Source of the DNA: a virus
Taxonomy: Duplodnaviria; Caudoviricetes
IMG/VR virus record: IMGVR_UViG_3300027205_000173
Span: 1 to 64,000 of that record
DNA length: 64,000 nt
Strand: one strand, 5' to 3'
The notes under the pieces were generated by a model. That model had not been told where the DNA came from. It made no database searches and was given only the letters and a program-made list of their open reading frames with translations. A program made the translations under genes and the position numbers. Shown one piece after another: positions 28,769 to 39,535 of this stretch; the first letter of the stretch is position 1; each line of letters starts with the position of its first letter.

Positions 28769-31535
28769 TAATATTACTCAATTTACCCTTTGGGAAAAGC
28801 CAACTAAGTAACTTATCAAACAATTTAATTTCGTCAGAAGTTAATGCGCGTTTTGAAGTTGATCGACCGTCAACATCCTCATGAACCTGAATAGGTATAC
28901 CAAAAGCATCATAAACTGCCAACTCGGCCATCAACTCCGAACTATCGGGATTCGATTGAAGAAAACTAACGATTCTCCTATTGAGCGCCGTTGACATATA
29001 GTTCCTGTATCCCGGCTCGGCAGACTGTCTAGCCATATCAATAATACTTTTTACATCATCATCTTTCAGCGAATCAAAATGCCAAAAATCCATACCAGTA
29101 GTTTCCATGATGGTTCCAAGAGTTGCGGGATCGGCATTTTTTGCAAGAGGAGCAAAAGAATTAATAATGGACATTTCTGCAATATTTTTCAACCCGTCCA
29201 CATCATCTATTGCTGCCATATCCTGAATTGTCCGCGCGTTTAATTGTGATGAATGCAACAACGGCCCAGCAACATCAGTTGGGGTGTGTCTAAAAGACCC
29301 AACAGCACGAACACTTCTTAGATCAACGCCAGAATGAATAATTCTTCCGACCATACCCATTGCAGAATTGACGGAATCAGCGATCAATTTTCCTGATTCC
29401 TTAGATAGGGGGCGAGTTTTCCCTCGCTGCATCACGAGTGCCGGGTATCCCTCTTGCCTAATCAACGTTAATGCATTACTGGCAACAGTCTTGTCTTTAT
29501 CGTAATACAATTTGATTCCCGCAAATTGCCTTCTGGCATCCTGTCTCTGAAGGCTCAGGATTCTTCCGTCTGCAAGCATGTGTGCTTGTGCAAAAGTAAA
29601 ATTATCTCCTTCTTTATAAGGATATCCGTCACCAAAAACACTTTGTCCGCTCATAGATTCAAGGCGATTAAAAAGATCAGCAATTTCTTTATTTATTTTA
29701 ATAACCGAACCATCTTTGTTATAAAGAGGCTGATTCATAAAATCTTCTAAGGTGTTTTGCGCATCCTGATTGCCAGTAGATGATGCCTTATAAGCAAGGT
29801 TTTTAAATACATCAGAAAATATCCTATTCAAAACTACCGCATTCATGTCGGTTGCATCATCCAAAATTTGTTTCAATTGTTTTTTATCCATGGATTTTGT
29901 CATCATTGAAGCAATTTCGGGGATACCAACAGAGGGATCAACACCGCGTTGAAGTAGATAGGCCGACATATCTTCGTGCATTTGCGCAAGGTGTGCGGCA
30001 TGTGTGGCTTCGTGTATAGCCGTAGACCTGGCCAAAACAGACCACATCTCTTCATGGTATTTGAGAGCACCCTTGGCCTGATCTGTAAATCCGTCAGATA
30101 TAACAGATGATTGATTCTTTACAACGTCGCGAACTTTTTCGATAAGCCTAATCGTTGCTCCATTATCAAACATGTTGTCAGGGATGACTCCAGCATCCAT
30201 CAAGTACTTAATAGTGTCCATTGTTGCTTGATCAACACCAGGAAGCCGTGCGTCTGGGTTGGAACCAAATTGGGGAGTAACTAAATCAATAAAATTGCCC
30301 AAAGAGTTATTCATATTATTGTAATTGAGAAATTCATAAACAGACATCAAGGCCTCGTCATCCAACGATCCGCCCAAACTCTCCGCCATTCCGCTCATCA
30401 TGGCGGAACCAATAATATTTGAACTTACATCAAATCGACCTTCACTGAATAGGGTGGATGGACTCGCCATCCTGTACATCGGGTCCATGGGGTGACGATA
30501 AGTAATGGTGATTTTTGGTGTTCTATTTTTTGTAGCAACATACGCCCCATTGACTACAGTCCATTGATGTCCTGATTGATAGCGAGTTGATCCACCAACA
30601 CCCGGCTCATCACCTATACCAAAAGGTTTCATGTCATAAGAAAACTTTTTCATACTTGGGTTAGCGTGCAATGCGAGCAAGAACCCAACAATATTTTCAT
30701 AAGCGTAAGATTCTAAAGGCTGATCGTCTGGTCCGTCTAGGAAATCAAATCGTGATTCACCACTAGCAAAACTTGGTAATTCATTCATTAATATTCTTTT
30801 AACATCACCGATTGATGTAATCGGTTTACCGTCATTGAATCTTTTTTCAAGAAATTTATCTTGTTTTATTATTGTTTGACGAATTTGATCAACCGAAATC
30901 GTTGCGAACCTATCGACAGGAGAAGATGATGTTCGTACCCTCATCCCCTGAGCACGAACAGATTTTGGAATTCGTATATTCGCTACATCTAAACCAGGTA
31001 TGAATGGACGCATCGTAGGCAAGCCATCATCAATGAATCCATCATTGTCACCGTCATAACCAGCACGAACAGGACCAAGAATTTTAGAATTCATCCCCAT
31101 GATTGTGCGATTGGATGATCTCCGATTACCAAGCGCCGAATTCGGCATCTTTTCAAATTGTTGAGAAAATACCAATGACTTAAATGCCATGATTTGATTG
31201 TTCTTACTCTGAGCAACAAGGCGTTTCTTGGGCTTTTTCTTAACTTCAACATCCTTGATGAGGCTTTCATCGACTGGCTGTGTGCGATTCATAAAAACGC
31301 GCTTCCAGCGATCAGCCATCTGTCCTTCTGCTCCATCCCATAAAAACTTATGAAATGGGGTAGAACGAATTTCGTTCATATCAGGGTTACTACTAATAAA
31401 AGAAACTAGATCAACTGGAGTTTCGGTTTCCTGGGAGTCGATAAAGATTGCATTCTTTTCAGTGGGGTTAGCGTCGGCGTTATAGAACAATTTCCCCTCT
31501 CCTGTATTTCCAACAAAAATAAGACGCGTAGGCAT
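28755..31535 (-). CDS. 926-aa protein with DxDxDG module and zincin (HEATH) motif
   Basis: YDGDNDGFIDDGLPTMRPFIPG; GMRVR motif variant; AIHEATH with a distal ELMAE. Confidence 0.75.
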   Translation of the reverse strand: MPTRLIFVGNTGEGKLFYNADANPTEKNAIFIDSQETETPVDLVSFISSNPDMNEIRSTPFHKFLWDGAEGQMADRWKRVFMNRTQPVDESLIKDVEVKKKPKKRLVAQSKNNQIMAFKSLVFSQQFEKMPNSALGNRRSSNRTIMGMNSKILGPVRAGYDGDNDGFIDDGLPTMRPFIPGLDVANIRIPKSVRAQGMRVRTSSSPVDRFATISVDQIRQTIIKQDKFLEKRFNDGKPITSIGDVKRILMNELPSFASGESRFDFLDGPDDQPLESYAYENIVGFLLALHANPSMKKFSYDMKPFGIGDEPGVGGSTRYQSGHQWTVVNGAYVATKNRTPKITITYRHPMDPMYRMASPSTLFSEGRFDVSSNIIGSAMMSGMAESLGGSLDDEALMSVYEFLNYNNMNNSLGNFIDLVTPQFGSNPDARLPGVDQATMDTIKYLMDAGVIPDNMFDNGATIRLIEKVRDVVKNQSSVISDGFTDQAKGALKYHEEMWSVLARSTAIHEATHAAHLAQMHEDMSAYLLQRGVDPSVGIPEIASMMTKSMDKKQLKQILDDATDMNAVVLNRIFSDVFKNLAYKASSTGNQDAQNTLEDFMNQPLYNKDGSVIKINKEIADLFNRLESMSGQSVFGDGYPYKEGDNFTFAQAHMLADGRILSLQRQDARRQFAGIKLYYDKDKTVASNALTLIRQEGYPALVMQRGKTRPLSKESGKLIADSVNSAMGMVGRIIHSGVDLRSVRAVGSFRHTPTDVAGPLLHSSQLNARTIQDMAAIDDVDGLKNIAEMSIINSFAPLAKNADPATLGTIMETTGMDFWHFDSLKDDDVKSIIDMARQSAEPGYRNYMSTALNRRIVSFLQSNPDSSELMAELAVYDAFGIPIQVHEDVDGRSTSKRALTSDEIKLFDKLLSWLFPKGKLSNISEAK

Positions 31536-34500
31536 TATCTGCCCCCTCTTCTTGCAAATCTACCAACTAGACGTCCTGCGGCTTCTTTGCCACGTTGCTT
31601 CAATGCGTCCATGGCCTCATCTGCTAATTCTGATGCTTTATCTCTAGCCATGTCGCGAGCACTGTCACGAACCTCACGCAGTTTGTCTGCTGCCAATTCC
31701 CTTCCTCGTTCCTTGGCGATATCGGTCAAAACTCTAGTTTTTTGTTTTGCTGAGTCTGCAAGACGTTGCATTCCACCAGAGCGAACAGTCTCGCGAATAG
31801 TGTCTAAAAGTTCAACGGCCTTGGCCTTGCTTTCTTCGGAAGTGACGGCATCTTTACCTTTTTCGATAATGTCTTTAATGTCATCCGGCAATCCTTCTGG
31901 GGCGACGCGATCCAACATTCGCTTAGTGATCTTGTCTGCCGTTGCCTGACTCATCCACCCACGCTCTACTGCTTCCACTAAACCAAAGTCAGCGACGTCT
32001 CGTCCTGCTCGTCGGGCAAGAACAGAACCCATCCCTGCAGGTCCGCCAACACTAAACGCCGCAGCCATCTCCCCAAGAAGTTGAACGGCCTCCGCCCTAT
32101 CCTCGTCAACACCAAGTTTTTCTAATGCCTTACGTGATCTGTCGGATGAAATGATTCTTCCGGCAACACCAGCCTTGGCGCGTGTATTTGATCCAACATT
32201 AGAACGAGAACGTAATCCACCCCATCTTTCATATCCACCCACAACATCATTGACCTCAGACGCAATTGGCCCAGTCTTGGTACCATCAAGCAAATCTTGG
32301 ATCATGTCTTCGGGCATTCCAGACGAGGCACCAAGGTCTCTGATCTCATCACGCAATGCATTGATTCTGTCTGTAATTCCTTGTGGTTCTCTTACGCCAG
32401 CATAAACATCATCAATGATGTCGCGCATTACGTTGTCAATATCTTCGACATTGTAGTAATCACGTGATCGTGGAAGATTTTCGGTATTTGAATTCCTGTA
32501 TTCGCGTGGCTCTACTGCTTTTGGTTTAGGCGTCCGCTTAGTAGTTGATTTAGCCGGTCTCGTTGCAGTGCGTGATCGCATGCCTCCTTCGTCATTAGTA
32601 GGAGGTCTGGCATCTAGGAAAGTTTCTTTTTCACTTTCAAATGCCGCAACTGCTTTTTCAAATTTAATTTTAGTTTCATTCTCTTTGGATCGTCGTTTGG
32701 ACTTGTCTAATACGTCCGTAGGCCAGTTATTTTCTATGGCACCGTCAATAATTCCTTGCATTACTTTTGCTGTTGCTTCGGCATCTGCGTCTGCGTTATG
32801 GTGTTTGTCTCCAAGGTCGACACCAAGATATTTTGTGATATCTCCAAGTGAGTTTGAAGGCGACTTAGTGCCATCTTTGTTAACTTTGAATGGGGCATCT
32901 TGATTTGTTTCAGACCATTTTGGAAGAACCATGTCGGAAATTTCTTTAGTATCGATGATTCCCTTGGGTCTCCAATCAATGCCAGAATCTTTCAATGCGT
33001 CTTCTAGGACTTCATTATCAAACACGGCGTTTTGCATTCCCATCAATTCTGTATCACCCATGAATTCAACTAATTGTTTATGGGCATCTGCTATTGAAGG
33101 TTTGTCCGCCAGGTATGCATCTGTTATTGGGTTGCCGTCGCCGTCCTTGAGGTTGTCTCGTGACCATTTTTCCCATTCCGACATTGGCGTGCCAGGGTTG
33201 ACAAACACGTTAAAACGCGCAATGACTTTGCCATTTTTCATTTTTACAGCACCTATTTGAGTAGGTAGTCCATTTCCTGCTGATTCGTTAAATTCATTGA
33301 ATTTGAGACCAGTTGTTTCGTAGTCGATGAAAACAATTTCTTTATCTGCAAGCACGCGTTTAAAATCTTCCCAATTTGTTATTCCATCAAATTCTGAATC
33401 TGCAGAACCGATGAACGCACCCATTGTTGGCTTGCGAGGATATTGCGGAGGTTTGGGTCCAGATTGTGAACGCATGCCAGTACCAGTAGAGGTACCACGT
33501 ATTTTACGGGTAGCCCTATCTAGTGCGGCCCACTGCTTATCACTTAAACGGCCACGGGAATTATATTGAGAAACGACACTTTTAGCAAAATCACCACTTA
33601 AACCACGAGCAGCCTCAATGATTGCCTTCTTGTCTTCATTAGAAAGTGAAGGCGCGATATCTTCAGCCTTATCTATTCCTTCTTTTGCAGATGGACCGGC
33701 TGATGTTTTTTTATTTTTAGAAACTATGCTACGTAGTAAATTCCATTGTTTTTCCGTAAGCCAGCCACGATTGTATGTTTTGTATTGTTCAACAAGGGAT
33801 GTAATAAGGTCATTTCCAGTAATGGACGAAGCATCGCTTATTAATTGATCTCCATCATCTGGTTTTAGTCCTGGTTGTTTAGGAGTACTTTTAGGGTATC
33901 TACTGGGATATTCTCGTGGTATTTGGTCTGGACGCCTACCGAGGGGGTCTGGCGCCGTATATCCCCGGTCTGGTCGGAAACCATCTTGCCTGGCATCGTA
34001 TGCCCTATCGCCATCTTCATCAGAAATCCAAATCCTGCTTTCGCCGTCGGTCCAGTATCGCCCGCCGCCTTCATTGTATCTAGAGCGCATCCCGCGATCT
34101 TCTACATCAACCCCCTTAGCAATGTTTCTTAAATCATCAGTTAAGGAATTAAAAATATCGTCAACTTCGTTGTCATCAATATTGTCCATACGTGAAGAAA
34201 TATTTGGAGTATTAACATTTGGTCTATTGATATTTTCAGTCTGCGTAGCACGTATGCGAGCCTGGGCATCAGGGGACTTCTTGATGGCCTTCAAGGTCTT
34301 CTTCAGGTTTGGTGCCATGTCATCAAGCATTCTTGCTGACAACATTTGCTCAACGGTCTGAAGGCCACGTGAACTTGGGTGCTCTCTAAAAGTTTCAGGA
34401 GACATGAGGTCTATCCCGTCAGGGTTAGTGAAAACTAAACGTCCGTCAAAATTGTTTTTGTTTCGAAAATCTTTTTCAAATTTCTTAGCAGCACGATGCT

Positions 34501-37500
34501 GTTTCAACCAACGAGCAGATTGAAGATCAACTTCGCCATCATTGACCATACGCAAATATTCATTAATTTCGCCATCGCCAAAACCATTAGTTTTTAATAA
34601 TTCTCGCCCATTATCGCCAATTAAAGAATTGATATCTAACTTTTCATTATTCATGTCAAGTTTATTTACTGGGTAACGTATCTCGGCAACGTCATCCAAA
34701 CTCACCCCACCAGCAACAAGTGCTTCGTACCTATTCCCTGGTCTGAGAGCACGTTCTGATCTACTTGCTGAAATATCGTCAGACAGAGAACCACTAAAGT
34801 TGTCATCAATAACATTTTGCAAGGCATTAGCAATATTGCGCATTCTGTCTGATTCCGAATTACCCGCAGTAATCGATTCATTAAGGTGTGCTAATCCAAC
34901 ATCGCCAGGTTCGTCAAACAAAACTGGTGTTGGATAGTTGTGTGAACGAATTGCTTCTCCGCGTGAATACGCAGAACGAGAAGCAACTTCTGGTTTTAAT
35001 ACTAAATCAATATCGTTCCCGCCAATTCGTACATCACCCATTGGCTGGATATCTCCACTTTCGTGAAAGAAATCAGGGTTTCTGCTAATCCCATCGCTTG
35101 GAATTGATTCAAGATGATCTGAAATAACATTTTTAGCATTACGGTGAACCATGTAACCATTGGATGATCGTAAATTATCAGAAACTGCCGCATCGTAACC
35201 TAAAAATAATTCATGTTCTGATTTGAGTTTGGAAATTGGACTATTCGGTTTAATTTCTTGAATTGTTTTTAAGCGACCGTCAGACATTAAGTTATTCAAT
35301 GTATTTTCATTCATCGGAATACGTATACGATCATCAAAACCTTTATGAAAATTAGAATAAGAATCATCAATCATTTTAAGAACTGATTCAGGAGATTGGT
35401 TATTCAGTAATGTTTTGATTCGTGGATCAAGATTATTGATAAAGTCAAATTCGCTCTCGTTAGAAGGAGAGACGTCGCCATTTATAATATTTCGCATACG
35501 CCCCAATGACGCAGAAATACGATTATTTCTTTGCTCTACATGAACTTCACGTGGAACAACTTTTCCCCATTGCGTAGAAAGTTGTGTTCCATCTGGATTC
35601 CTATAACGAGCGGAGTAATTATTATCAACATTAAATGGCACGCTATTCTGTCTGCGCATAATGCTAGAAATGGAATCGTTTTGTTCCCTCTGGTTTTTTT
35701 GAGTCAAGGGATCATTGCTGCTACCACGAGAACGTGAACGCATTCCTCGGCCACGCTCAGTATTTGCATAATTATCAATCTGCCTACTAATCTCAGATTT
35801 AATAATTGACGCCTCATTCTTGATGGACTCATCAACACCATCAGCAGATGAAACATTATCTATGTTGCCGTCCATGCGCTTAAGTGTTTCCAGGGGTGTT
35901 TCCTGTTTGTGAATTGTTGCCTCAATAATGCCATTTTCATCTACGCCAGTTATAACGAAATCACCTGGGGGCAAAAGAACCCCATCACTATCACCACTGA
36001 ATGAATCACCAACAACAGTTCCACGACTTCCCGCAGGAACACTCAGACGCACAACTCTGGTATTTTCGGGCATAGTTGGCTGAGCACCTTCCAAAGTCCC
36101 TTCACCTATTAGAATTCCTCGTGTTGGGGTTGGCTTTGTAACTATTTCACCACCATCAATCTCATAATCTTTTGGTAATGGGTAGGCAATCATGACCGAC
36201 ATATCTTCATCAAATTCATGAGAATCAATATGAAATAATAGTGGTGCTAAGGAATCCCTAATTTCTTCATCAAGCAAAGGAGATTGAGTGTCTGGGGTCG
36301 GTGCCCCAATTGTTTCTGCATTTTCTTTTGCCTTATTGCGTGCGTTGGCAGAAGTGGCAAGAACATTGCCTGTTTGTTGTTCGGCTAATGCTCTTGTCGA
36401 TGATCGCATATCCGGTGGCGTCGAGCCATCCAATAAAGCAACGGTTTCTGGTTCCGTTGTATCTAATATTTCTTGTCTTCTCTGACGTCCCCACTCCTTG
36501 GGATTGGACGCAGGGGTGATCGGAGTAGGTGTTGTTTCAATTGGCTCTTTGGGAACATTTACTCGTTCTATTGGTCCATCAAATTTTTCTTCAAAATCAA
36601 TTTTGGCTTTGACTTCTTCTGGGGTTCTATCGTAGCGTTCTGCAAGTTCATCAATTGTGTAGTCTGTATTAGTGTAATCGTCAATTAAAGCATCCGTTAA
36701 TTTTACTTCTGAATAATCGTTTGCAAACGGGTCCACTTGTCCATCCCATGCCGGAATGTCACGTTTTTTCTTAGGTTCTGGAAGTGATTCATCGGGAATG
36801 GAAGTTCCTTTTTCACTTGGTTCATTTCCAGTAGCAGATGCCGGCTTTGCATATTTTTCACGATATTTATCTAAACTTGGCTTATATTTTCTTGATTTTT
36901 TAAATTTTTCCCTGTCGTACTTGTCTCCCGGATCAAAGCCAGCGTCTTCTACGTCTTGTAAAAATTCTTGAGATTCTCCATAGTCCACTTTTGAAAGTTC
37001 TAATTTTGCTTGTCGCGTTTTTCCGTCATCATTTAGATCGGGTGACCAGTCGGCATAAATACCATTTGCAGGATCAAATTTGGGAATGCCATTTTCTCTT
37101 TCGGGGGACAACCAATCCGTAGGGGTGTCATCTGCCCCTGTATTGCCAATCATCTTATTGACATCATCCAAAGTAAACTTAGGATTTTCAGGATCACCAG
37201 CATTTAACTCATTCAATATTTGTTCAGGAGTATAATTTTCCTTTTTCATTTTCTTGACAAATTTAGTAACTTCGGGGGGGTATTCGGGTTTTCTTCGTAA
37301 ATCTCTTTTATCTGAAAAAATACTTTTCGGAACAAGTCTGGAAATATTTTCCGTAGGGGCATCATAAATAGGACGCGAAGCCAATTCAATACCGGGAGGC
37401 CTTCTCACCTCATCCATACCACCAATAGCCTTGTCGATATCTGGCCCAGAAATAACGCCCATCTGCCTCAACGCATACAACTCAGCACGAGCCTCCTGAA

Positions 37501-39523
37501 TCATCAAACCAACCTGGGCATTTTTTAACATCGGGGAGCCTTCACCCCCACTAAGGTGCATTCGCTGCCATTTTCCTAATTCATCTTGATAATACTGTCC
37601 AGCAAGAAGGTGAAGCATTGAATCCTCTAACCAGTCAACGGTAACTGGCGGATAATTCATCCCTTCAAAAGTTCCTCTCATGACAGTATTCAATGCATCG
37701 TACCAATCATTATTGGACCATGTTCGCCAATCACCAGTAAGGACATTGAGTGCGCCGTCATTAGTAACAACAAGTTGACCATGCTTGTTCACATAATCGA
37801 TAATCGCATTTTGTGCTTCGGCATATTGTAAAACATGCCCAAACTCATGAAACATAACGTGCATTGCCCTGGCTTTTGCGGGAGACATGCCAGCCACTGC
37901 GGATGCACGGGCAGATGACTGCTCGTTCGCATAACCAACACCATGAATAAAATGATCAACTTCATTGGACTGGGCGATAATGTCACGTATTTGTTTTAAT
38001 TTTTCAATATCATTTAAAGGTGTGCCTTGGGCATCCACGGGCTTGAGATCAATTTCAAACCTACCTTCTCCTTCCAGTTTTCTCAAATCAATCAAAGGCT
38101 TAAATACAAGCGCCCAGGTATTGAAATTTATTTGAGTGCCAAGTCTACCAGGGTTTAGTTCATCAGTAATAGGATTAGTGATGCCCTCATAACTCATCCA
38201 TTCATTTAGGCCAACTCTTCCATTCCAAGCATCAAAACCAATTTCGCGCAAAGTTTGAAACATTTGAGGATTATCATTAAAAGACACCAAAGCACCATGG
38301 ATGATGCCTTCTTGAACTTCCCTAAATCGATCAATCATCATGTCAACGATTTTTTGCGCTTCATCGTACTGATCGGGATAAATGGGCTTCTTTGTTGACG
38401 GGTCAATCAATAACGCTTTTTTAACTTCCTCTGGAACCAACTTGTAAGCCGTCTCACGTAATGTCTCCCAGTAATCTTTCATATTTTCATCAACACTCTT
38501 AGAGTCATCCCATTTGAAACCAATGGCATCATGCAAAAATCTTCTAAACTCAGGACCATCATGATTTTTGAACAATTCATCCATGGCAGTAAAGAGATGA
38601 ACATTGTTTTTTAACTGCTCTGGCGTAAACTGAGATAAATCAATCCCCAAAGTTTCATAAGCATCCTGAATGGATTGTTCATTACGAGCAAGCCATTCAG
38701 CATTCTGTTCAAGGCTCGTATAATTTTCTTTAGCCTTACCAAGTCTTTCTTTGGCAGTTCGAGCAGAGCGAATCGCTGCTACATCTTCGTTCCACTCTTT
38801 CCAAAAACCACGGATGCGACGAATCTCTTTTTGAACAGCACCAACACCAATATTGAAACAGTTAGACATATCGACATCGGTGAATTGGTTGGCGTTAGGA
38901 GTGCCGGGAGGGCAACGCATGTGTCCGTTGGCATCAATAATAATACCCTTAGAAATAGCCTTACGTAATTTGATTGCTTGTCCAGGCATCATGTCATTTA
39001 TGGTGGGACCCAACTGCTTTACCGCAATTTCGTTAGTTTCACCAGTCTCGTTACCATCTTTATCAACAGTAAATTGGCGAACAATAACCTGAGGGCGTTT
39101 ACTAATGAAGTCAGCAGCCTCCTCGGACAACTGGAGACGATCCTCGTCAGACAATTCGGGCTCAGGATCAACCCAGCCCCAGTTATGATCATCACCAGGA
39201 GTCGTTGCTTCTTTATAGGTGGTATGGAGTTTTAATACTTGCCCAGGTTGACGGCGAGCCAAGGGATCGAAACGAAACTCAGCCATAGTCGGCTGATCGT
39301 CATCACCAGTCATTTCTCTGTCCCCACCAGAACCAGCAGCAATCATTCCCTCAGCCAGAACTTTGACTGCAATATCTGCGTCAAGATATGGTTGATTTAA
39401 TGAAAACTTCTGTCGTTCACGAAAGTACATAGCCTTTCCGTCATAATTACGGATAGGCACGTCTAGACGTGGCGATAGTTTATTCCGCTGAGGGATACCT
39501 CTACCCGTCATCCCGGGCTCCAA
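31535..39523 (-). CDS. 2662-aa polyvalent protein: zincin, ART-like, DUF3626-like and DEDDh exonuclease domains, 5 GMRS-type motifs
   Basis: RCPPGTPNANQFTD; MFHEFGH...EARAE; RLSVPAGSRG...GVLLPPG; YEALVAGGVSLDDV; FIDYETTG...QNAVFD...IDT...HNADADA. Confidence 0.85.
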   Translation of the reverse strand: MEPGMTGRGIPQRNKLSPRLDVPIRNYDGKAMYFRERQKFSLNQPYLDADIAVKVLAEGMIAAGSGGDREMTGDDDQPTMAEFRFDPLARRQPGQVLKLHTTYKEATTPGDDHNWGWVDPEPELSDEDRLQLSEEAADFISKRPQVIVRQFTVDKDGNETGETNEIAVKQLGPTINDMMPGQAIKLRKAISKGIIIDANGHMRCPPGTPNANQFTDVDMSNCFNIGVGAVQKEIRRIRGFWKEWNEDVAAIRSARTAKERLGKAKENYTSLEQNAEWLARNEQSIQDAYETLGIDLSQFTPEQLKNNVHLFTAMDELFKNHDGPEFRRFLHDAIGFKWDDSKSVDENMKDYWETLRETAYKLVPEEVKKALLIDPSTKKPIYPDQYDEAQKIVDMMIDRFREVQEGIIHGALVSFNDNPQMFQTLREIGFDAWNGRVGLNEWMSYEGITNPITDELNPGRLGTQINFNTWALVFKPLIDLRKLEGEGRFEIDLKPVDAQGTPLNDIEKLKQIRDIIAQSNEVDHFIHGVGYANEQSSARASAVAGMSPAKARAMHVMFHEFGHVLQYAEAQNAIIDYVNKHGQLVVTNDGALNVLTGDWRTWSNNDWYDALNTVMRGTFEGMNYPPVTVDWLEDSMLHLLAGQYYQDELGKWQRMHLSGGEGSPMLKNAQVGLMIQEARAELYALRQMGVISGPDIDKAIGGMDEVRRPPGIELASRPIYDAPTENISRLVPKSIFSDKRDLRRKPEYPPEVTKFVKKMKKENYTPEQILNELNAGDPENPKFTLDDVNKMIGNTGADDTPTDWLSPERENGIPKFDPANGIYADWSPDLNDDGKTRQAKLELSKVDYGESQEFLQDVEDAGFDPGDKYDREKFKKSRKYKPSLDKYREKYAKPASATGNEPSEKGTSIPDESLPEPKKKRDIPAWDGQVDPFANDYSEVKLTDALIDDYTNTDYTIDELAERYDRTPEEVKAKIDFEEKFDGPIERVNVPKEPIETTPTPITPASNPKEWGRQRRQEILDTTEPETVALLDGSTPPDMRSSTRALAEQQTGNVLATSANARNKAKENAETIGAPTPDTQSPLLDEEIRDSLAPLLFHIDSHEFDEDMSVMIAYPLPKDYEIDGGEIVTKPTPTRGILIGEGTLEGAQPTMPENTRVVRLSVPAGSRGTVVGDSFSGDSDGVLLPPGDFVITGVDENGIIEATIHKQETPLETLKRMDGNIDNVSSADGVDESIKNEASIIKSEISRQIDNYANTERGRGMRSRSRGSSNDPLTQKNQREQNDSISSIMRRQNSVPFNVDNNYSARYRNPDGTQLSTQWGKVVPREVHVEQRNNRISASLGRMRNIINGDVSPSNESEFDFINNLDPRIKTLLNNQSPESVLKMIDDSYSNFHKGFDDRIRIPMNENTLNNLMSDGRLKTIQEIKPNSPISKLKSEHELFLGYDAAVSDNLRSSNGYMVHRNAKNVISDHLESIPSDGISRNPDFFHESGDIQPMGDVRIGGNDIDLVLKPEVASRSAYSRGEAIRSHNYPTPVLFDEPGDVGLAHLNESITAGNSESDRMRNIANALQNVIDDNFSGSLSDDISASRSERALRPGNRYEALVAGGVSLDDVAEIRYPVNKLDMNNEKLDINSLIGDNGRELLKTNGFGDGEINEYLRMVNDGEVDLQSARWLKQHRAAKKFEKDFRNKNNFDGRLVFTNPDGIDLMSPETFREHPSSRGLQTVEQMLSARMLDDMAPNLKKTLKAIKKSPDAQARIRATQTENINRPNVNTPNISSRMDNIDDNEVDDIFNSLTDDLRNIAKGVDVEDRGMRSRYNEGGGRYWTDGESRIWISDEDGDRAYDARQDGFRPDRGYTAPDPLGRRPDQIPREYPSRYPKSTPKQPGLKPDDGDQLISDASSITGNDLITSLVEQYKTYNRGWLTEKQWNLLRSIVSKNKKTSAGPSAKEGIDKAEDIAPSLSNEDKKAIIEAARGLSGDFAKSVVSQYNSRGRLSDKQWAALDRATRKIRGTSTGTGMRSQSGPKPPQYPRKPTMGAFIGSADSEFDGITNWEDFKRVLADKEIVFIDYETTGLKFNEFNESAGNGLPTQIGAVKMKNGKVIARFNVFVNPGTPMSEWEKWSRDNLKDGDGNPITDAYLADKPSIADAHKQLVEFMGDTELMGMQNAVFDNEVLEDALKDSGIDWRPKGIIDTKEISDMVLPKWSETNQDAPFKVNKDGTKSPSNSLGDITKYLGVDLGDKHHNADADAEATAKVMQGIIDGAIENNWPTDVLDKSKRRSKENETKIKFEKAVAAFESEKETFLDARPPTNDEGGMRSRTATRPAKSTTKRTPKPKAVEPREYRNSNTENLPRSRDYYNVEDIDNVMRDIIDDVYAGVREPQGITDRINALRDEIRDLGASSGMPEDMIQDLLDGTKTGPIASEVNDVVGGYERWGGLRSRSNVGSNTRAKAGVAGRIISSDRSRKALEKLGVDEDRAEAVQLLGEMAAAFSVGGPAGMGSVLARRAGRDVADFGLVEAVERGWMSQATADKITKRMLDRVAPEGLPDDIKDIIEKGKDAVTSEESKAKAVELLDTIRETVRSGGMQRLADSAKQKTRVLTDIAKERGRELAADKLREVRDSARDMARDKASELADEAMDALKQRGKEAAGRLVGRFARRGGR

Positions 39524-39535
39524 TCCCTGTTGTAG

